From Eledone cirrhosa (taxonomy: Eukaryota): a stretch of 64,000 nucleotides of DNA. Positions 57,059 through 64,000 of the stretch are shown here, in pieces (within the stretch, counting starts at the first letter, position 1; every line of letters begins with the position of its first letter). The notes beneath the pieces were generated by a model, which was not told the origin of the DNA, did no database searches, and saw only the letters and a program-made list of their open reading frames with translations. Position numbers and translations under genes: made by a program. The stretch spans positions 254,138,001 through 254,202,000 of the forward strand of contig OZ024743.1 of the NCBI GenBank assembly GCA_964016885.1, given 5' to 3'.

Positions 57059-57659
57059 TAATTACGGTATCTGCGCATTTCTTCTAAGTTTAATTTTACT
57101 ACTAATTGTGTGTGGTTGATGGTATATTTGATCGGATTCTGCATGCTGCCGAAATGTTTGATAAATAATGGAACGGGGCTGCCGCGAAGAGGCTACGATC
57201 AATTGTTTGTCAGAGATTTCCCCGTAAGAAAATTTATTCTTAAAGCTTGCTAGATTTGATTTTGTATATGGTTAATTATGCTAATTAGAAGAAGAAATAG
57301 TATACATTTTAATATCTGATTGATTCTATAGACATGATTTATGATATAATGCTCTGATTTTTTGATTTTAATTTATTAATTCTTCATTGAGCTTAAAAGT
57401 GAACAGTTGCAACATATATATATCTTTAATTTAATTTTATGTATATAATAACCTTTATATTTAATAATCTCCCAATTGGTTGAGATTAAATTTGGCGATA
57501 TATGGCTGCGCTTTCTAGCAGCAAGCCTACCAGCCGTAAGCAACCAATCACACGCTTTCTCTCTGGCTGGTACGTACACAGCTACATAGCGATTTTAGCC
57601 ATTTTTGAATCTAAATTTGGCGCGATCGGTTAGAGAAAGTAAATGTCTGATTTTGAGTT

Positions 57660-57737
57660 TATCTCCTGATGATCCTAACTCTGGATAATTCATATTATTT
57701 GGATGTCCTAAATAAGGAAGAAACCATGGTATGGATA
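57660..57737 (+). ncRNA. Type I hammerhead, second tandem copy (stem I weakened)
   Basis: Same core and stems II/III; the 3' strand of stem I is TGGATA instead of GAGATA. Confidence 0.6.
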
Positions 57738-58021
57738 TAATTACGCTATGTGCGCGTTTCTTCTAAGTTTAATTTTACTACTAATTGTGTGTGGTTGATG
57801 GTATATTTGATCGGATTCTGCATGCTGTCGAAATGTTTGATAAATAATGGAACGGGGCTGCCGCGAAGAGGCTACGATCAATTGTTTGTCAGAGATTTCC
57901 CCATAAGAAAATTTATTCTTTAAATCTTGCTAGATTTGATTTTGTATATGGTTAATTATGCTAATTAGAAGAAGTAAAAGTATATATTTTAATATCTGAT
58001 TGATTCTATAGACATGATTTA

Positions 58022-58657
<636 letters not shown>

Positions 58658-59540
58658 GAACGAGTAGGACCCCGACGGCTGAGCTCAAGCCGTTTCGTCG
58701 GCTATTTCTGGGCTAAATGAACATTTGTATCCTTGTATTTGAATAGCCGAATTAGTATTAGTATTCTTTTTCGGGACTCTGAATTATTTATTTCGTATTA
58801 GTTTACTTTTTTGCACTGGGTGGTTGCTGGCCTTGTTCCTAGGGTAGAAACCTTTATTTATTATTTCGTGGTAGTTTCTTTAGTATTTTGGCCCCTCACT
58901 TGTTGACCCGTCACCGTAAAATATACTCGGTTTATTACTTATACCTCTTAAAAGGGTCTCATTATAATTCCGTCCCACCTAGTATATTTTTTTAGCCCAG
59001 CAGTACCAGTGAGAGACTTAAGTCGTAGTAACCAGAAATTGTTTTTTTTTTGTTTTTTTTTTACATTTAATTGCCTTTTAACACTCAGTATTTTTCGATA
59101 TATTTACCTCTTATTGTTCTACTTATTGTTTCGACTTCCACCCCCTCCCCCTCCCTAGTATCTTCTTTGACCTCATGCCCAGCTGTAGTCGGCACTATCA
59201 ACGCATGAATGGGTCTCCTCCACCCTCTCTCCCTCTTCTCCTACTGGCTGGTTTAGCTACATCTTCCCTCCAGAAATTGCCATCATAGAATTATTATGTC
59301 TCAACAACAAACGTTTGACCAATCCTTGTGACAATCACTTTGACCATATATGGAATTACCCCTTGAGAAGCTATTCAAATACCAGGATAAAAATGTTCAT
59401 TTAGTCCAGAATTAGCCGTCGAAACGTCTTGAGCTCAGCCGTCGGGGTCCTACTCGTTCCTATTACCCACTCTACTACCCTAAGTATTGAGTACTTTGGT
59501 GCGTTATGGTCCATCTGGTTTCTTACCACATTTCCTCCGT
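58658..59540. mobile_element. TA-embedded element with about 90-bp inverted repeat (58658-58747 and 59370-59459) and 80-nt one-sided tail
   Basis: GAACGAGTAGGACCCCGACGGCTGAGCTCAAG and its reverse complement at the two ends. Confidence 0.8.
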
Positions 59541-61985
<2,445 letters not shown>

Positions 61986-62393
61986 ATTTATATATATATA
62001 TACATGGAGGCACATATATATATATGGAGGCATATGTGTGTGTGTTATTATTATCATTATTATTATCACATACAAAATATGCACACATATATATTTAAAC
62101 AGAAAAACAAATGAATGGTCATTATAACATGCTACACAAAGAGGATAATTTGATAATTAAAAGATCAGACAGATGAAAGTAGATATGAGCTTTCATGTAA
62201 CAAACTTTTCCTTGGTGTTATATTGAAAAGTTAAATATGCAATGATTTTTACTAAGGAAAGAAAAAATGGTTTAATGAAACTCCGCTTTAATTACAGGTT
62301 CAATTATATGAAAAAATGTAGTTACAACTTGTGTACATGCATAAGTACATGTATTTACATTCGTAGATATATATGTGTGTAGGTATATATAAA

Positions 62394-62429
<36 letters not shown>

Positions 62430-62470
62430 CATGCATATATATATACACACACACACATATGTGTGTGTAA

Positions 62471-62520
<50 letters not shown>

Positions 62521-62896
62521 TCATACATGGATACATATAGACTACACACATATATTAGTACCGGTATAAGTGAAGAGTGATATATTATGTGTTGACTTCA
62601 ATATTTAATTAATTATATAAAAACCTAATGTGGAGTATACCTACTTAGACAAAATAATGCCAGAGTAATTTACGTTGTATTTATAAATTTTTTTCTTTAG
62701 CAGCTTATAAATTGTGCTTTACATCTGTTTCATGTAAAACACATCTAAGGTTTTAACAGGGTAAAAAAATGATGACAACAGTCTAGATTATTTTGTAGGT
62801 TAACAAATGGAAGGAAAATGTGTCATTAGTTAAAAGTTGTCTTCATGCTAAATTAGTGTTTTGAGAATGAAGTGAGTATAAGTGATTTAGAAAGTA

Positions 62897-64000
62897 AATA
62901 GATAGATTTCTTTATTAGCCACAAGGGCGCAACAAGAAAAGGGGACAATACAAAGACATGCCGGGGATTTTACATACAGTCGTGTAAAAAATAAAAAAAC
63001 AAACAATTTCAACAATCGAAATCCCCAATAGGGGGGGAGGCGCCACAAATGGGTTGTTTAATACCCCGTCGATAGAACAACCCTCAAATCCAGGAGCGTG
63101 TTGTGCAAGTGCTCCTTTCTTCCTTTTGCTCTCTGCCTCAACCTACAGGCTTATAAACAGAGAAGGCCCAATCACTCGGGCCATTTTCGCTTCATTCACC
63201 CACCTTTCAGTAAATTTACTGGGGTGCAGTGCCTCTCTCTCCACCCTGATTCTCCTTCTAAAGTGATACTTAAAGAAGGGAATCAATTGTTGTCCGGAGA
63301 GAAAGGCATCTGTGCTCAGTTCTCTCAACCTCGTCCACCATATAACTTCTTTCACCATAGCCACCGTACAGAGGAAAACAGCCTCTATTTCGTTTTTGAA
63401 AGAGGCTGGCGGTTTGATCCTTACTATGGACTCGGCAGTCAACTGGATTTGTCCCATACGCGACAGCAGTTGTTCTGCATGGTTCCACAGGTCGCTTACG
63501 CCCGGGAAGTGTACAATTGCGTGCAGAACTGTTTCAATGTCATGCGCACATCTTGGACACGTCCTCTTGGAAGGATCCCTGCCAGGGCGTCCGTGCCTGT
63601 AGATCTTGTCACGAACCGGTAGAGCTCCTCGGTAGCACTGCCAGGCCAGGGATCTCTGGAAGTTGTCCATAGGTCCCGGGCGGAAAGTCCTACCAAACAG
63701 ACTGGTGAGCTTATCGTCTTCGACGCCCAGAGTCTCTCCGAGCACGTCGTCGCCCTTGTAACGTACAATCCCACTATAGAATGTCGAAGTGGAGTCTCCA
63801 CTGATTGCTGCGCCCGCTTGCCAGAGGACTGTGAGCGCCTGAGCGCATTCAATGTGCCAGGCGCCCATCGTTTTCGGTCTTTTCTACACCCAGGACTGCA
63901 GCTCCGTTAGCGAGACGAGCTGTGGGAAAGCCTGTCTCACAAACGGTGCCCACACCGGTTGGGGGTCGGTGAGGAATACCTGGAGATGCCGCAGCCTCAG
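62897..64000 (-). mobile_element. Tx1/L1-like LINE 3' part (zf-RVT-type C-terminus), runs off the window
   Basis: ORF 63143-63868 reads LAWQCYRGALPV...CPRC..DIETVLHAIV...W; 3' UTR with AATAAA and TCTA tail; GC-rich and little decayed. Confidence 0.85.

Overview
AT-rich eukaryotic DNA, intronic or intergenic, dense in transposable elements and microsatellites. The mix of RTE LINEs ending in (GAT)n, tRNA-derived SINEs and abundant (TA)n tracts suggests an octopus or related coleoid cephalopod (inference, not verified). I found no convincing host exon, and most listed ORFs are microsatellite read-through or TE remnants. Recognisable elements are RTE LINEs (one family with a PHD-type finger inside the RT region), CR1-like, Tx1/L1-like and R4/Dong-like LINE pieces, a mariner pseudogene, piggyBac-like MITEs, SINEs and several Penelope-like (PLE, GIY-YIG) remnants. 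The main unexplained structure is a set of unrelated non-coding elements lodged in (TA)n tracts, arranged as asymmetric fold-backs or partial tandems. They carry about ten manually folded type I hammerhead ribozyme (HHR) motifs, most with family-specific palindromic stem III. Two unrelated families use the compensatory U3-A8 core. Two tandem arrangements would release HHR-bounded monomers of 591 nt and 679 nt (retrozyme-like). All folds were done by eye and activity is untested.
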